From IMG/VR virus record IMGVR_UViG_3300037193_000639, positions 11,557 through 75,556 of that record: a DNA stretch of 64,000 nt. One strand, 5' to 3'. The notes under the pieces are model-generated. The model was not told the origin of the DNA, ran no database searches, and saw nothing but the letters and a program-made list of their open reading frames with translations. The position numbers and the translations under genes were made by a program. Origin of the DNA: a virus. Positions 29,124 to 39,639 of this stretch are shown piece after piece; position 1 is the first letter of the stretch; every line of letters begins with the position of its first letter.

Positions 29124-30211
29124 TCAAGAATGAGAATTGCCATTACCACGAATCATATCATGCACTGCCTGCAACTGCATAATCTGCTGCACAGTCCATT
29201 CATAATCTTCTTCAACAGGTTCTTCGTTATTTTCGTCCTCTACAACACCCTCAGCCTCCAGCAAGGCTTTGTAGTTGATTGTATTGCCCATCATGCTTGC
29301 AAGCTCTCTTGTGAGAGATGGATCTGTGTATGCTGCTGCACACATTCGATCAGTAATGTCTGACACGCAGGAGTTAAGGAGCTTCCTGCTTGTACATACG
29401 CTGCCGATAGCCTGAAACCCAATTGCAACCTTACCTTGCATGTCCCTATGTTTTGATGGGACATACTCGATTTCTTTAGCAGGGTCAAATCCGCATTGCC
29501 ACAACACTTCATGCATCAGTGCGTCATTTTCGGGAAACAGCATCTCCACTTCATTCAGATGTTTTAGCTCATCCGCAAGCTTTAGATCACGGAAGGAGAT
29601 AACCTTCATTCGAAGCCTCCTTTGGCTTTCTTGTTTAATTGATTCACCACTTCCTTCATCTCCTCCAACCGCACCTCATAGCACACTGGATTACTGCAAA
29701 TAGGGAAGGATGTCTTATACCGAGTTGCAGGTTCTCCGCATACAAGGCACTGGTCCTCTTCATTTTCTTCAATCATTTGTAGATTTGCTTCAGTAATGCT
29801 TTTAACAATTGCCAACATGTCTTCCTCAGAAGTTGCTATATATCGGACAGACTTCCCTTTGACAGTGCCTGATACGATATAGCCGTTCAATACTTTCTCT
29901 ATGTTTATCAATTTGTCTCCTTACACAATCTGTGGCAGCACCATACCTTGTCGCTCCAACCATTCCAACATCTCTGGGATTTCCTTGTACTCATATGCAT
30001 GATTGTAGTCATACTCTTCGTCACCAATCTTGAATCCGTCCATATCAAAGATTGCACAAATGGTGTGTTTTCCATCTTTCTCTGACAAGTCAATGATGGT
30101 TGCGAACTGACGGGTTTTGATAAATACTACAGCTCCACGCTGTCCATCAGTCAGGAGGACAAGACTGATTGGGAGGGTTTCTCCGATAGCTGTTTGAAGT
30201 TGGTATGGCAT
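29124..30211 (-). CDS. Three hypothetical genes (29124-29609, 29606-29911, 29921-30211)
   Basis: Tightly packed co-directional ORFs; the middle one has a CxxC...CxxxxC Zn motif. Confidence 0.6.
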
Positions 30212-30213
30212 AA

Positions 30214-30795
30214 TTAATTCGCTCTTTCTGAACCGTGTAGTTCTGTATAGCCAGCACCTTGGCTGTTTAACTTCTTAATCATGAGTTCTCTAAACTCTAT
30301 AGCAAGATATTTAGCTTTTTCTTCCCCGTACTTTAAAACGGAGAATTGCTTTATACCATTTTCATCACTGTTTAGAGGACTCCACCTTACTACCCAATAA
30401 GCGTAAACCCTGCCACATGATTCTTTTTCAGCTCTAAATACTCCGACCACCCCTGAACTGTTTCTTTTGGATTTCTTCATATTTCTGCGGTTAATTTCTT
30501 TAGAAACACACCGGAGGTTTTGTATCTTATTGTCTTTCGTGTTTTGATTAATGTGGTCGATTACCATTCCATCCGGTATTGGGCCGTTATGTATTTCCCA
30601 GATGATCCTGTGACATCTGTACCGAACTTTACAGACATCTACTAGGAAGTAATTCAACGTACTATTAAATCTTCCAGCAACATCCCCTTTACAGATAACT
30701 TTTACATTTCTGTAACAGCCATTAAATCTATCTGTATTCCATCTAAGGCACGATGGTGAAGTCTCGTCGTAATAAAACAAACTGCTCCATTCCAC
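30214..30795 (-). CDS. HNH homing endonuclease with AP2-like C-terminus
   Basis: HRIIW...VIDHINQN..DN.I.NLR; FSV.KYG; GYTELHG. Confidence 0.88.
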   Translation of the reverse strand: MEWSSLFYYDETSPSCLRWNTDRFNGCYRNVKVICKGDVAGRFNSTLNYFLVDVCKVRYRCHRIIWEIHNGPIPDGMVIDHINQNTKDNKIQNLRCVSKEINRRNMKKSKRNSSGVVGVFRAEKESCGRVYAYWVVRWSPLNSDENGIKQFSVLKYGEEKAKYLAIEFRELMIKKLNSQGAGYTELHGSERAN

Positions 30796-30969
30796 ACCTA
30801 ATTCACCTCATGCAAGAGTTGGACGAAGTATTCTGCAGACACTCGGGCAGCTTCTTCATCGTATGCAGCGTCCGGCCTGAACTCTTCAGGCGTTTCCAAA
30901 TAGCGTCGATTCCATTCTGCGAAAACTTTCTGAATCTGCTCTTTGGTTGTGATGATCGTATTATTCATA

Positions 30970-31917
30970 CTATTTCCCTGTATTAGTCAAAAGGTTCTCC
31001 CGCCTCACTTCAGCCTTCCTTGTTCGATTCGTTTTACCACAGTCATTGCAAACAAGTACATTGTACTCAGACACGGTTGTAAAGTATGACTTATCAGAGG
31101 GAGTTAGATTATCACTCCCACAGCAAACACAACGCGCCTTGTCATCCGGTTGGTGCAGTGCTACGTTAGGGTGTGTTTTGCTCCATGCGCGAAGACGAAG
31201 GTAAAGCTGCTCAAGAATGATAACGTCTTGGATGTTGTAGTCAAGCATTTCTTCAAAAGCTTTGTCGTCCATTCCCATGCAACGAATCCATAAATCGAAT
31301 CCGCTGTGTTGCTTCTTCCGTTCAAGTCCAAGGTAAGCTGCAATACTGTCAAGACTGTTGCTAGGAAACCTGAACTCAGCTTTTGCAATCCGTAAAGTAT
31401 CGACAATCTTGGACGGCAAGAGCGGATCAAGCCCAAGAGCAAGCATTCGTGTTTTAATCAACGGAATATCGAACTTATGAGCATTATGCGCCACGATAAG
31501 ATCTGCACGGTTCATAAGCTCTGCAAGCTCGATTACAAGCTGATCATCATTCTCCTTCTCAAGAATCCGATTGGAGATGATTGTAGGCTCCCCTAGCCAC
31601 TTTGCAGAGTAGGTCAGAAGATAGCCTTCCTTCACTACTTGGTTCTGCGATACATTCTGATCAAAACGCCCCCACACATAGGCAGTTGTGGGAGCTGTCT
31701 CAACGTCAAGCAAAAGAATCTTGATATTCTTTGGAATCGAATATTCTGTTGGTTCAACTCCCTGATTAAGTGTTTTGTAATATTTGCGAAGACAATCACT
31801 TACAGTGCTGCGGGGTACTCCTATAGTTTTCGCAATCCCTCTCCAACTCATTACTCTACTGTTAGCTAGACGGATTGCATCTAGCCTCCAGTCATAGTTG
31901 TTATTATTCTCCAACAA
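30970..31917 (-). CDS. DnaQ/RNase H-like 3'-5' exonuclease with N-terminal HTH and C-terminal Zn ribbon
   Basis: LLDVET, AHNAHKFDIP, YNIQDV; SWRGIAKTIGVPRSTVSD; CVCC...CNDC. Start moved to TTG after AGGAG. Confidence 0.85.
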   Translation of the reverse strand: MLENNNNYDWRLDAIRLANSRVMSWRGIAKTIGVPRSTVSDCLRKYYKTLNQGVEPTEYSIPKNIKILLLDVETAPTTAYVWGRFDQNVSQNQVVKEGYLLTYSAKWLGEPTIISNRILEKENDDQLVIELAELMNRADLIVAHNAHKFDIPLIKTRMLALGLDPLLPSKIVDTLRIAKAEFRFPSNSLDSIAAYLGLERKKQHSGFDLWIRCMGMDDKAFEEMLDYNIQDVIILEQLYLRLRAWSKTHPNVALHQPDDKARCVCCGSDNLTPSDKSYFTTVSEYNVLVCNDCGKTNRTRKAEVRRENLLTNTGK

Positions 31918-31924
31918 TGTTCTC

Positions 31925-32982
31925 CTATACTTTCTCAGCCTCAACCTGCAGCTTGGCGTACTCGTCTTGCAAGGCTTTGATTTGATCACCCACAGCTTCC
32001 AACTGCTTTTGCATCTCACTCTTTTGTATTTGCTTTGCTGGTTCTACGTAGCGCCAGATAAGTTTGCCTTTGCTGTTCGGGTCCATCAGACTTTGATTTA
32101 GTTCAGGAGCTTCGTAGACTTCCTTGATGCTATATTTGTCTCGATTATTAAAGTAAAGTTGCAACCAACAACCAGCACGTACACCGATAAAATCTCCGAT
32201 AGCCGTCTCGCTCAAGTATTTATTTGAGGCAGGTGCAACAATGTAGGTGCATCCACTCTCTGTAGCCACCCTCATAAACGGCTTGAGCATGTCTTTCGTG
32301 AAATGAAACGGCTTTCCTTCTGCATCTACGCCATTTGCTTCGTAAGGCACCATGCCGTACCATCTCCAAATGTCCAAGTATTCTGCTTCATAGCTGTACA
32401 CTTGACCTTTATACTCTGTATCATATAGGCCAGTTGCTTTATTGAATACAAATTCGTAATCAATCCCACCTGTGGTGGACTTCATCGTAAAACGTTCTGG
32501 GTATTCTCGCACTGTCAGATCCTCCTTGATTTTAAAAATACTACTGGAAAGCCATTCCTGTACTACTGACTTTCTATATGGGGGATGTTTTACCCCAACA
32601 GATACGCCCTTGGTTACAACACATGAATACATTCCATCTGCCTGTATCTCCATTAGCCACTCGTTCTTAGTTGCCTCACAGAGCATAATAAACTTGTCAG
32701 GAATACTCATTAAATTTTCTCCAATGCGCTAAGAGGGTATGCATACCATGTGATAGGTGAGTGCTCGGGTTCTGCAAAATGTACGCCTTGTTCATCAATA
32801 TCATCTATTTCGAATACCAGCCCTACGGCTCTGTCCATTTCACTGGGCCAAGAGTTATGCCATATAGTACCTTCCCCCATCCCATTGGGAGCCTCATCTT
32901 CTTCAATTCGTACTACACGAACTTTGTCACCGGGGCGGAAGAGTGTTCCGTAGTAGTTCCATACGTTACCATCATTTTGCAT
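31925..32982 (-). CDS. Two hypothetical genes (31925-32710, 32710-32982)
   Basis: Co-directional packed ORFs. Confidence 0.55.
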
Positions 32983-33538
32983 TAGAGGAGTCCTTTCTGA
33001 TAATTTCTTCAACTGCTGCTCTGCGTTTATTAGCATTCGTCAGCGTAGAAACATTGTAGTCATTTTCCTCACAGTAAGCAAGGATTTCCTGCTTAGGTTT
33101 TTTCATTAGTTCGATCACCCTTTTCTGAATCAAAGCCTCCTCGAAAGAGATTCCCTTACGTTCTGCAAGGGACTTGCACTTATGACACGGTTTACAGGCC
33201 AATACCCAGTTATCATTACAGTCAAGAAGCTTATACATAAACTCCGAAGCTGTCTCCCAAGAGTTGCACTGTCCGGCCATATCTACGTGGTCAACTTCTA
33301 GTTTACTTGCAGGGAACATCTCAGAGCAGTAGTGACACTGTCCAAGCTTCTTTGCACGTCCTGTATAGCCCTTTGGAGGCTCTACAAGCTGTTTTTTCTT
33401 CCACTCAATTTTTGGTGGATAAAAGTTCCATATCTTCCTTATAGCACCTCGTAGGTACGTGAAAAAGGCTGTTTTGTTCTTCCAGATGGTTGGGTAGAGT
33501 TCCCAAGGCGTTTTCAATTCTTTCTTTTGCAATTTCAA
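32972..33538 (-). CDS. HNH/Zn-finger endonuclease (replication-module type)
   Basis: CHYC...LEVDH...LACKPCH..K. Confidence 0.8.
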   Translation of the reverse strand: MKLQKKELKTPWELYPTIWKNKTAFFTYLRGAIRKIWNFYPPKIEWKKKQLVEPPKGYTGRAKKLGQCHYCSEMFPASKLEVDHVDMAGQCNSWETASEFMYKLLDCNDNWVLACKPCHKCKSLAERKGISFEEALIQKRVIELMKKPKQEILAYCEENDYNVSTLTNANKRRAAVEEIIRKDSSNAK

Positions 33539-34370
33539 AATACTTTTTGTCTTTCTCTATTCCGATAAAGTTTCTCCCCTTGTTAATACAAGCTACTCCT
33601 GTAGTTCCACTACCCATGAATGGGTCAAGCACAGTTTGTCCGTCTAGGGTAAAGCATCTAACTAATGTTTCCATCAACATCAAAGGTTTTTGTGTGTCAT
33701 GTACCTTCTCTTCCCTAAGTCTTCCACTAACACTCACAATGTTTGATTTAATAACTTGTGAATCAAACAAGCCAACACCGTCTGCCAAAAATGCATCAGT
33801 AATTGTTGTACCAACTTTATAAGGTTTGAAACACCACACTATTGGCTCAAATTGCGGCGCAAACGAGCCAAGCCTAAGTGACGAAGAAACCGATTCAAGA
33901 TTCCTCTTCTCTAGTACCTTATTGACACTTTGAGCACGAAACGGGGCATGTTGTTTATCCCAAGCAACTGTGTCTTTGTACACAAGACCTGCATTTTCAG
34001 CAGCAATCGTGAATCTGTGTTGCATTTGCCGACCTGTTAGACAAACAATACTTCCTGCTGGTTTTAAAACTCTAAGGCCCTCTGCCAACCATTTTTCACA
34101 GAAGTCTTGAAACTGCTTAGGGCGTTGTCTATCTGCTTCACTCCAACCGTTTTTCGGCTTACCCCTTGTCTTGAAAAGGGATGATTTTTGTTGTGCTGGG
34201 GAACTCCCTAGTAGAGCTTTATTGGAGTTGTTGTGGATAACATCCCATTCAGCAAAATCAATACCGTAGGGTATATCGCTTATGATGCAATGAACGGAAT
34301 TGTCAGGAAGATCCTTCATTCTGTCTATACAATCACCTTGCATCAAGTGACTTGAGTTGAAAAGTTTCAA
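33405..34370 (-). CDS. N6-adenine DNA methyltransferase, beta class, M.HindIII-like
   Basis: Catalytic SDIPYG and SAM-binding DPFMGSGTTG. Segment F.TRGKP.NGWSEAD closely resembles M.HindIII as recalled (not aligned). Confidence 0.88.
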   Translation of the reverse strand: MKLFNSSHLMQGDCIDRMKDLPDNSVHCIISDIPYGIDFAEWDVIHNNSNKALLGSSPAQQKSSLFKTRGKPKNGWSEADRQRPKQFQDFCEKWLAEGLRVLKPAGSIVCLTGRQMQHRFTIAAENAGLVYKDTVAWDKQHAPFRAQSVNKVLEKRNLESVSSSLRLGSFAPQFEPIVWCFKPYKVGTTITDAFLADGVGLFDSQVIKSNIVSVSGRLREEKVHDTQKPLMLMETLVRCFTLDGQTVLDPFMGSGTTGVACINKGRNFIGIEKDKKYFEIAKERIENALGTLPNHLEEQNSLFHVPTRCYKEDMELLSTKN

Positions 34371-35440
34371 TACTCCACTCCCAACTTATCCAACACATAT
34401 CTCACATCCGTCAACTTTTCATCCTGTGTACGCATCATCTTAGCAAGATTGAAATTCTCATTAAGCACATACAGCCAATCAATTTCGATTTCGAAGTCTT
34501 TGTGATTCGGCAGTAGAATACCTTTTTTAAAGTCTTCATAACCTCTCCAACCGATTATTTTCTTCTTGGAGGGGTAGAGTGTCTTATACCCTTTTACAAG
34601 GGCTTCAAACGCCTCCTTGTCGTTCTGGCAGTCCTTTAAGAGATTGTAAGACTTCTTCTCACCCCATTTCATGTCCGTAGCAGAGTTTGCAGCGTAGTTG
34701 TCTGAATCGTCAGAACTAAGGACTTGATGATAGAGCCACACCCTTCCACGACCTTTTACTTCACCCTTCTCGTTCTCTTTCAGCCAGCCAAACCCATCAT
34801 AAGTACAGATCGGTGCACAAGTGTTGGTGTTGAAGATGTGTCCTGCACATTGATAATAATCTTTGTCTACTACGGCGAGAACTAGCTTATCTTTATCGGA
34901 CTTGGTTTTAGACCACCTTTTATACGCAGTATGGCTGTCAATAGAGACTTGGTCATCAGCTTCGATGCCTTCTACGACTTCACATGCATGGTGTTTCACA
35001 AGGTACTCTTTTAACTCTTCCAAATGAATTGGACGCATCATGCCAACCCGATTACCTTTATAGCGTAGGATTGTTGAAACATCCTCACGGAAGACTTTCC
35101 CTTTACCGCTGTAGCCATAATACGTAGACACACCCACTGCCTCACATGTTGACTTAATCATTGTCTTAACAATCTGCAGGCAATTTTCTAATGGCTCAGG
35201 TGTTTGAATGTCGGTGATGTCAAACTCTTCAGGAAGTCTTGGTGTTTCTCGATCCTTGTTATACTCGGCAAGCCATCCAGCTTTCTTGGTCTTCCAGTGG
35301 CCCCAGAACTGGGTTCGTGTGTCAAACTCGTACTCATCCCCTGATTCTCGGTGTACTACTTTAATTGTTCGTTTCTCTCCTACACTTCCTGCTGCATACA
35401 AAATTGGATCATAATCGAATAATAGAGTTGTCAATCTCAC
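34367..35440 (-). CDS. 5'-3' exonuclease (T5 D15/T7 gp6-like)
   Basis: D.D..LY, YKGNR, EADD, DKD, D.SDNY, GEKK. Confidence 0.88.
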   Translation of the reverse strand: MRLTTLLFDYDPILYAAGSVGEKRTIKVVHRESGDEYEFDTRTQFWGHWKTKKAGWLAEYNKDRETPRLPEEFDITDIQTPEPLENCLQIVKTMIKSTCEAVGVSTYYGYSGKGKVFREDVSTILRYKGNRVGMMRPIHLEELKEYLVKHHACEVVEGIEADDQVSIDSHTAYKRWSKTKSDKDKLVLAVVDKDYYQCAGHIFNTNTCAPICTYDGFGWLKENEKGEVKGRGRVWLYHQVLSSDDSDNYAANSATDMKWGEKKSYNLLKDCQNDKEAFEALVKGYKTLYPSKKKIIGWRGYEDFKKGILLPNHKDFEIEIDWLYVLNENFNLAKMMRTQDEKLTDVRYVLDKLGVEY

Positions 35441-35443
35441 TCC

Positions 35444-36190
35444 TTACCACTCAAGATCTTCTTCTGTTCGGTTATGCTCTACACCAATCTTTGCAAGCAG
35501 ATCATAAGCGTTCCCCGGCATTTCTTCAGATTGATTACTAACTATGAATTCAGATTCTTTAAATAAATCAACAGCAGCAGCCATAGAGAAAGGTACGTCA
35601 GTCTCAATTTTTGCTTTTTCACCGTATTGCCCTCCGACAGCATTAGCCAAATCTTCCCAACTATTTAGAGGTACGTTTTGCAAACACAGACCGATACGAA
35701 GGAGATCGCCTTTCCCAATTGTATAGCCACGCTGTTGGTACTTCAAAACCCGCATCAACGAGCCATAGGGGTAACGAGTGCCACTGTGAAAACGAAGATA
35801 ACGTTGTGCAGAGTGCTTCATAAAGTCATCATGGAAGACAAACTCTTTCTTATCCAAATCATACGCTGCCATGCACACGGTATAATCGAAGGCATCAAAG
35901 ATTGCCTCTGCTGTTTCAAAGAAGTCGAAATGCATCAACTGAATGATATTATCACCTTCTGCAAATGTGACAGCTCGATCTGTTGCTGCAACACACCACA
36001 GACGTTCAGAATAAGCTAGAGTTATTGCATCAATGAAATGATCTTTAGATTTAAAGTAAAAATCTACATCGTTAATTGTCTGGTTTGTGAAGGCACTTGT
36101 CAGAGCACCACCAGCAATGAAAGCACCTTCTGGACTGAAGTGCGAGGACGCTGCTTGAATTTTTTGCAGTTCTTTGTTGTGTTGTGTCAT
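35444..36190 (-). CDS. Nucleotidyltransferase-like protein (CCA/poly(A) polymerase head-like)
   Basis: FIAGGA......NDVDFYF; FDYTVC; RVLKYQQRGY. Confidence 0.65.
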   Translation of the reverse strand: MTQHNKELQKIQAASSHFSPEGAFIAGGALTSAFTNQTINDVDFYFKSKDHFIDAITLAYSERLWCVAATDRAVTFAEGDNIIQLMHFDFFETAEAIFDAFDYTVCMAAYDLDKKEFVFHDDFMKHSAQRYLRFHSGTRYPYGSLMRVLKYQQRGYTIGKGDLLRIGLCLQNVPLNSWEDLANAVGGQYGEKAKIETDVPFSMAAAVDLFKESEFIVSNQSEEMPGNAYDLLAKIGVEHNRTEEDLEW

Positions 36191-36203
36191 GTTTTCCAAA
36201 ATT

Positions 36204-36237
36204 AAAAGCCCCACACCCTGTTAAGAGTGCAGGGGCT
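36204..36237 (-). terminator. Intrinsic terminator after SSB gene
   Basis: On - strand AGCCCCTGCACTC-TTAAC-AGGGTGTGGGGCT then TTT. Confidence 0.75.
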
Positions 36238-36260
36238 GAGTTACTTAATGTTGCAACGCA

Positions 36261-37322
36261 TCAAAAAGGCACATCGTCGTCCATGTCGCTGAAGTCAACA
36301 GGAGGAGTCTCCTCTTGCTTCGGCTTAGTAGGCTTCGCAGCTTTTGGCTTCTCTTCCTTCTTCTCTGCAGGAGCATTACCATCACGCAGAGCAAGCTGTT
36401 CAAGAACTTCAGCATACTCCTTATCGTTGTCAATGATAGCTTTGGCAACCTCCTTAGCTTTCTTGATCAACTCACCTTCATCTTCACGCTGACGAACAGC
36501 TTCCTGAATCTTCGAGCCTTCATAATCTTCAGCAAGAACAATCTTGCGAAGATCAGCTTGACGCAGCAAATCCATCTTGCAAACACCACCAAGCTCATCC
36601 TTTTCTTCCAGAAGATCCTCATCATCAAAGTTGATGGAGATCGCAGGAATCAAAGCAGCTTCAGGTTTGATACCCTTCATCAATGGAACAGGAGACTTCA
36701 GTTTCGTGTTGACGTACGTGTTACCGTCTTTCTCAGTCTTCTTAACCTCCACGTTCATCATGAAAGGCTTGCCAAGCAGTTCACCAATGTCGTTCAGTTT
36801 CGGGTTCTTGTAATTGGCTTCGAAGATGACATCAGAGACTTTCTTACCATCATCATACTTCGCAACTCCAGCAATTTTGTAGAGTGTGGAGTTCGAGGCA
36901 AGCAACCAAGGCTTACCTTTGATGTAATTGCCCTGCGGGTCACGAGGAGCCACAGTGGTGAGGTTCACTCCTTCACTCATGCCACGAGAAACAGGGTGCA
37001 AAGGAAGGCGGATGTTTTTCACTCCAATTTCTTCCCCATAGTCGTGCGTCTGGGAGAGCAAATCAACATACACTGCAACCTTCTGCTCAAGATCTTTGCC
37101 TTCTTGCGGAACGATGATTTTGTCTTGACCGTTCTCATCTTGTTCACGCTTACCTGCGGAGTCTTTTGCGAACTTCGGTAGCTTTTTATGAACACCAAGA
37201 TTGACGAGCAAGCCAATCTGCACAGCTTCCAAACCCTCTTCAGGGACAATAGGTACAAAGTCTTTCTTATCGCCATTCTGGGAGTTGGCGTTTTGATTCA
37301 ATTGTTTTGGTTTAAATCCCAC
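36261..37322 (-). CDS. Putative ssDNA-binding / recombination protein
   Basis: Acidic C-terminal tail DFSDMDDDVPF; optimised codons; replication module. Confidence 0.7.
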   Translation of the reverse strand: MGFKPKQLNQNANSQNGDKKDFVPIVPEEGLEAVQIGLLVNLGVHKKLPKFAKDSAGKREQDENGQDKIIVPQEGKDLEQKVAVYVDLLSQTHDYGEEIGVKNIRLPLHPVSRGMSEGVNLTTVAPRDPQGNYIKGKPWLLASNSTLYKIAGVAKYDDGKKVSDVIFEANYKNPKLNDIGELLGKPFMMNVEVKKTEKDGNTYVNTKLKSPVPLMKGIKPEAALIPAISINFDDEDLLEEKDELGGVCKMDLLRQADLRKIVLAEDYEGSKIQEAVRQREDEGELIKKAKEVAKAIIDNDKEYAEVLEQLALRDGNAPAEKKEEKPKAAKPTKPKQEETPPVDFSDMDDDVPF

Positions 37323-37392
37323 TTCTTTTCCTTTTAAACAAATAAATTGTGCATTACATGCACGTTAAACTTCTCATTGCTGAGAATTACTG

Positions 37393-38932
37393 TTAGCCTT
37401 TATTGGCCTTATCTTTTGCTGTCTTTCCGGGACGTGCTTTCCCAGTCAGTTTAATACAATTCTGGTGTGTGCGAGGGAATTTACCCATCGCTTTCTTATC
37501 TGCTTCAGTCATGTAATCTGCACGTTGTTTGCTCATCTTTTCTCCTTATTTGTTCTCATGGTTGAGAATTGTTTTAATCACTTCCCAAGAACACCAAACC
37601 TTCGTCTGGGTATTCTGTGTGATATGCATACAACCCCTCTGGTCCTTGCAGGTTAGGGTAGTTTTCACTTCTTACGAGCACGTAAGTATGTTCTTCTGGA
37701 TTGTCTTCGCACTCAAAGCATTCTACAAGCTTTTTAGCTTGCTTAAATGTAATTACCATTTTACTCCTTTTAGTGGCACATGTCAACAACTTTGTTGCTA
37801 ATCATCCACACGAACATAGCGGGTGCTCATTGTCTCAAAGTAGCCACCCTCTCCTACATACATGATACGCGAAACCAAGGCAGGCTCTCCATTAACAACC
37901 AATGAGGATGTATGATCAATAGGAACAACATACGTCCGTTGACCTACTACCAAATTTGTTACATAGTCAATGTGCTTGTATTGCACGATAGGTTTGTATT
38001 TGACTTCTTCAGTCATTGCACGGCTCCACATTCAGGGCACTTCCAAGCCCCGTTTTCGTAATCTTCGTCTCCGAACTGACCAGCTTCAAGTCCGTACTCT
38101 TCGCAATCTTCAGGGTCAAACCCCGGAATATCGTCGTCCGATTGTTCAAACCAAAACGTCATTGTAATAATCCTCCATCATCACTGCCAACAAATCACCT
38201 TCAATCTTCCTGTACTGGCTCTCAGACAGCTTATTCAACACACTTACACCTCCATGTGTAATATCGAGGATATCAACCTCTGGAGGTTCTGTAGGACTGT
38301 CCCAAACCATATAGCAGCGCCCCGGCCAGAAGAAAAAGAAAGCTTCAGCTTCTACAGCTTCATCTGTCTCAGGATGATTAATCGTTATCGGGAAGTTGTT
38401 GTGACGACTCATCTACAGATCACCGTAATCGTCACAGAACCACCAACCCTCATCCCAATCTTCGTTTTCTTGTGTGCCGACTGGGGAAGGGTTCTCGTCT
38501 TGAGAATAGCCCATCATTGCAGCTAGTTCACCTTCTGCCATTGCTTTGGATCTATTCACTTCTTTCCAAAACTTTTCTACAACTTTCTTATAGACTTCGT
38601 AGAGAATCGTCAATTGTGTTGGAAGCCATTGCATATCACACCTTCTTCCAAACAGTTGTCTCCACAACTTTAGTAATACGCTTCACCTCATACACATCAG
38701 GCTCATTGTAATACCAGTCTGTGTGGTAACTTCCAGACCGGCTTTCAGATAGGCAGAAGAAGTGGTCTTTATACTTGAAATACGTATCCTTGTATTGGTA
38801 CTTATGCTCTTGTGTCCAATCATCTTCCTCTACAATCTCAATACCTTCAATGTCTTCAAGGTCGTTGTAGGAATCTCCATACTTGCTGATTTCTAGCAGT
38901 GCTACAATCTCTTCGATTAGTTCTTTGCTCAT
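37393..38932 (-). CDS. Cluster of small hypothetical genes (37393-37536, 37574-37759, 37798-38016, 38146-38412, 38413-38634, 38636-38932)
   Basis: Packed co-directional ORFs, several with AGGAG RBS; 37393-37536 (47 aa, basic) is not in the ORF track. Confidence 0.55.
37758..37786 (-). promoter_or_regulatory. sigma70 promoter
   Basis: TTGACA-17-TAAAAT on - strand. Confidence 0.65.
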
Positions 38933-39639
38933 TTAGCTTCTCCTCCAAGTCCAACCAACCATTGCTTCGGACGGTCATCACCTTCCTTGTACGTGTGCGC
39001 ATAAGTCCATAGCATTACGATATTGCAGATGAAATGTCCACGATGTGGAAGACCAGATTCCTTATCATTCTCTTCATCTTGCATTACACCATACAGAATA
39101 TGTCGTGCTGCACATGCAATCGGTACACTCCAAGGCATCCCTTTAGCCCAGTTCCACTCGGCATACTTGCGCTTCCCGTATTCAAACACTGCAGCACATT
39201 CATCCCACTGAGAACCGATTGCTTGGATAGCGTCAATCAGGTTATCTACACCCCCACCTTCTTGAAATATTGCAAGTGCTTCCAAAGCATCAAGTTCTGC
39301 TTCACAGAGATTGCCAAGAGCCTTTCGACGTTCTTCCACGATCAATCGCAGGGGAATCAGTTCTAGAGGGGTCTTGCCTGCGTTGTAACGTGCCCCTGCA
39401 CCTTTAGCATTGCTTGTAACGTCTCCAATGCCGTTAGGAGGTTTTACAGAAGGTTCTGCTTGAGTATTTTCCTCACAGACACGGTAGGCAACAATGTCCC
39501 CAACACTGTTTAAATGAGTCCACCTAAGACATTCACCTCGATAACAAAACAATGGTGTACTGTCTCGAAGTTCAACATCTACCCGCACACCGTCATCTAC
39601 AGGGCACTCCCCACCTTCCCACTTAATCCATTTTGTCAT
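38929..39639 (-). CDS. dATP/dGTP diphosphohydrolase-like (DUF5664) protein with extra N-terminal domain
   Basis: GARYNAGK..LELIP; VFEYG.RKYA.WNW.KG; D.ESGLPH..H..CN. Confidence 0.8.
   Translation of the reverse strand: MTKWIKWEGGECPVDDGVRVDVELRDSTPLFCYRGECLRWTHLNSVGDIVAYRVCEENTQAEPSVKPPNGIGDVTSNAKGAGARYNAGKTPLELIPLRLIVEERRKALGNLCEAELDALEALAIFQEGGGVDNLIDAIQAIGSQWDECAAVFEYGKRKYAEWNWAKGMPWSVPIACAARHILYGVMQDEENDKESGLPHRGHFICNIVMLWTYAHTYKEGDDRPKQWLVGLGGEAK

Noticed and set aside
32972-34370. Methyltransferase plus HNH as a bona fide restriction-modification pair
   Set aside because: The HNH looks like the conserved replication-module endonuclease of such phages rather than a HindIII-type enzyme; kept only as a test within the methyltransferase finding.
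38492-38506. Near-copies of the palindrome (TTCTCG-N3-TGAGAA here; TTCTCG-N6-TGAGAA near 55902)
   Set aside because: Wrong spacing plus a mismatch, inside coding sequence; compatible with chance.
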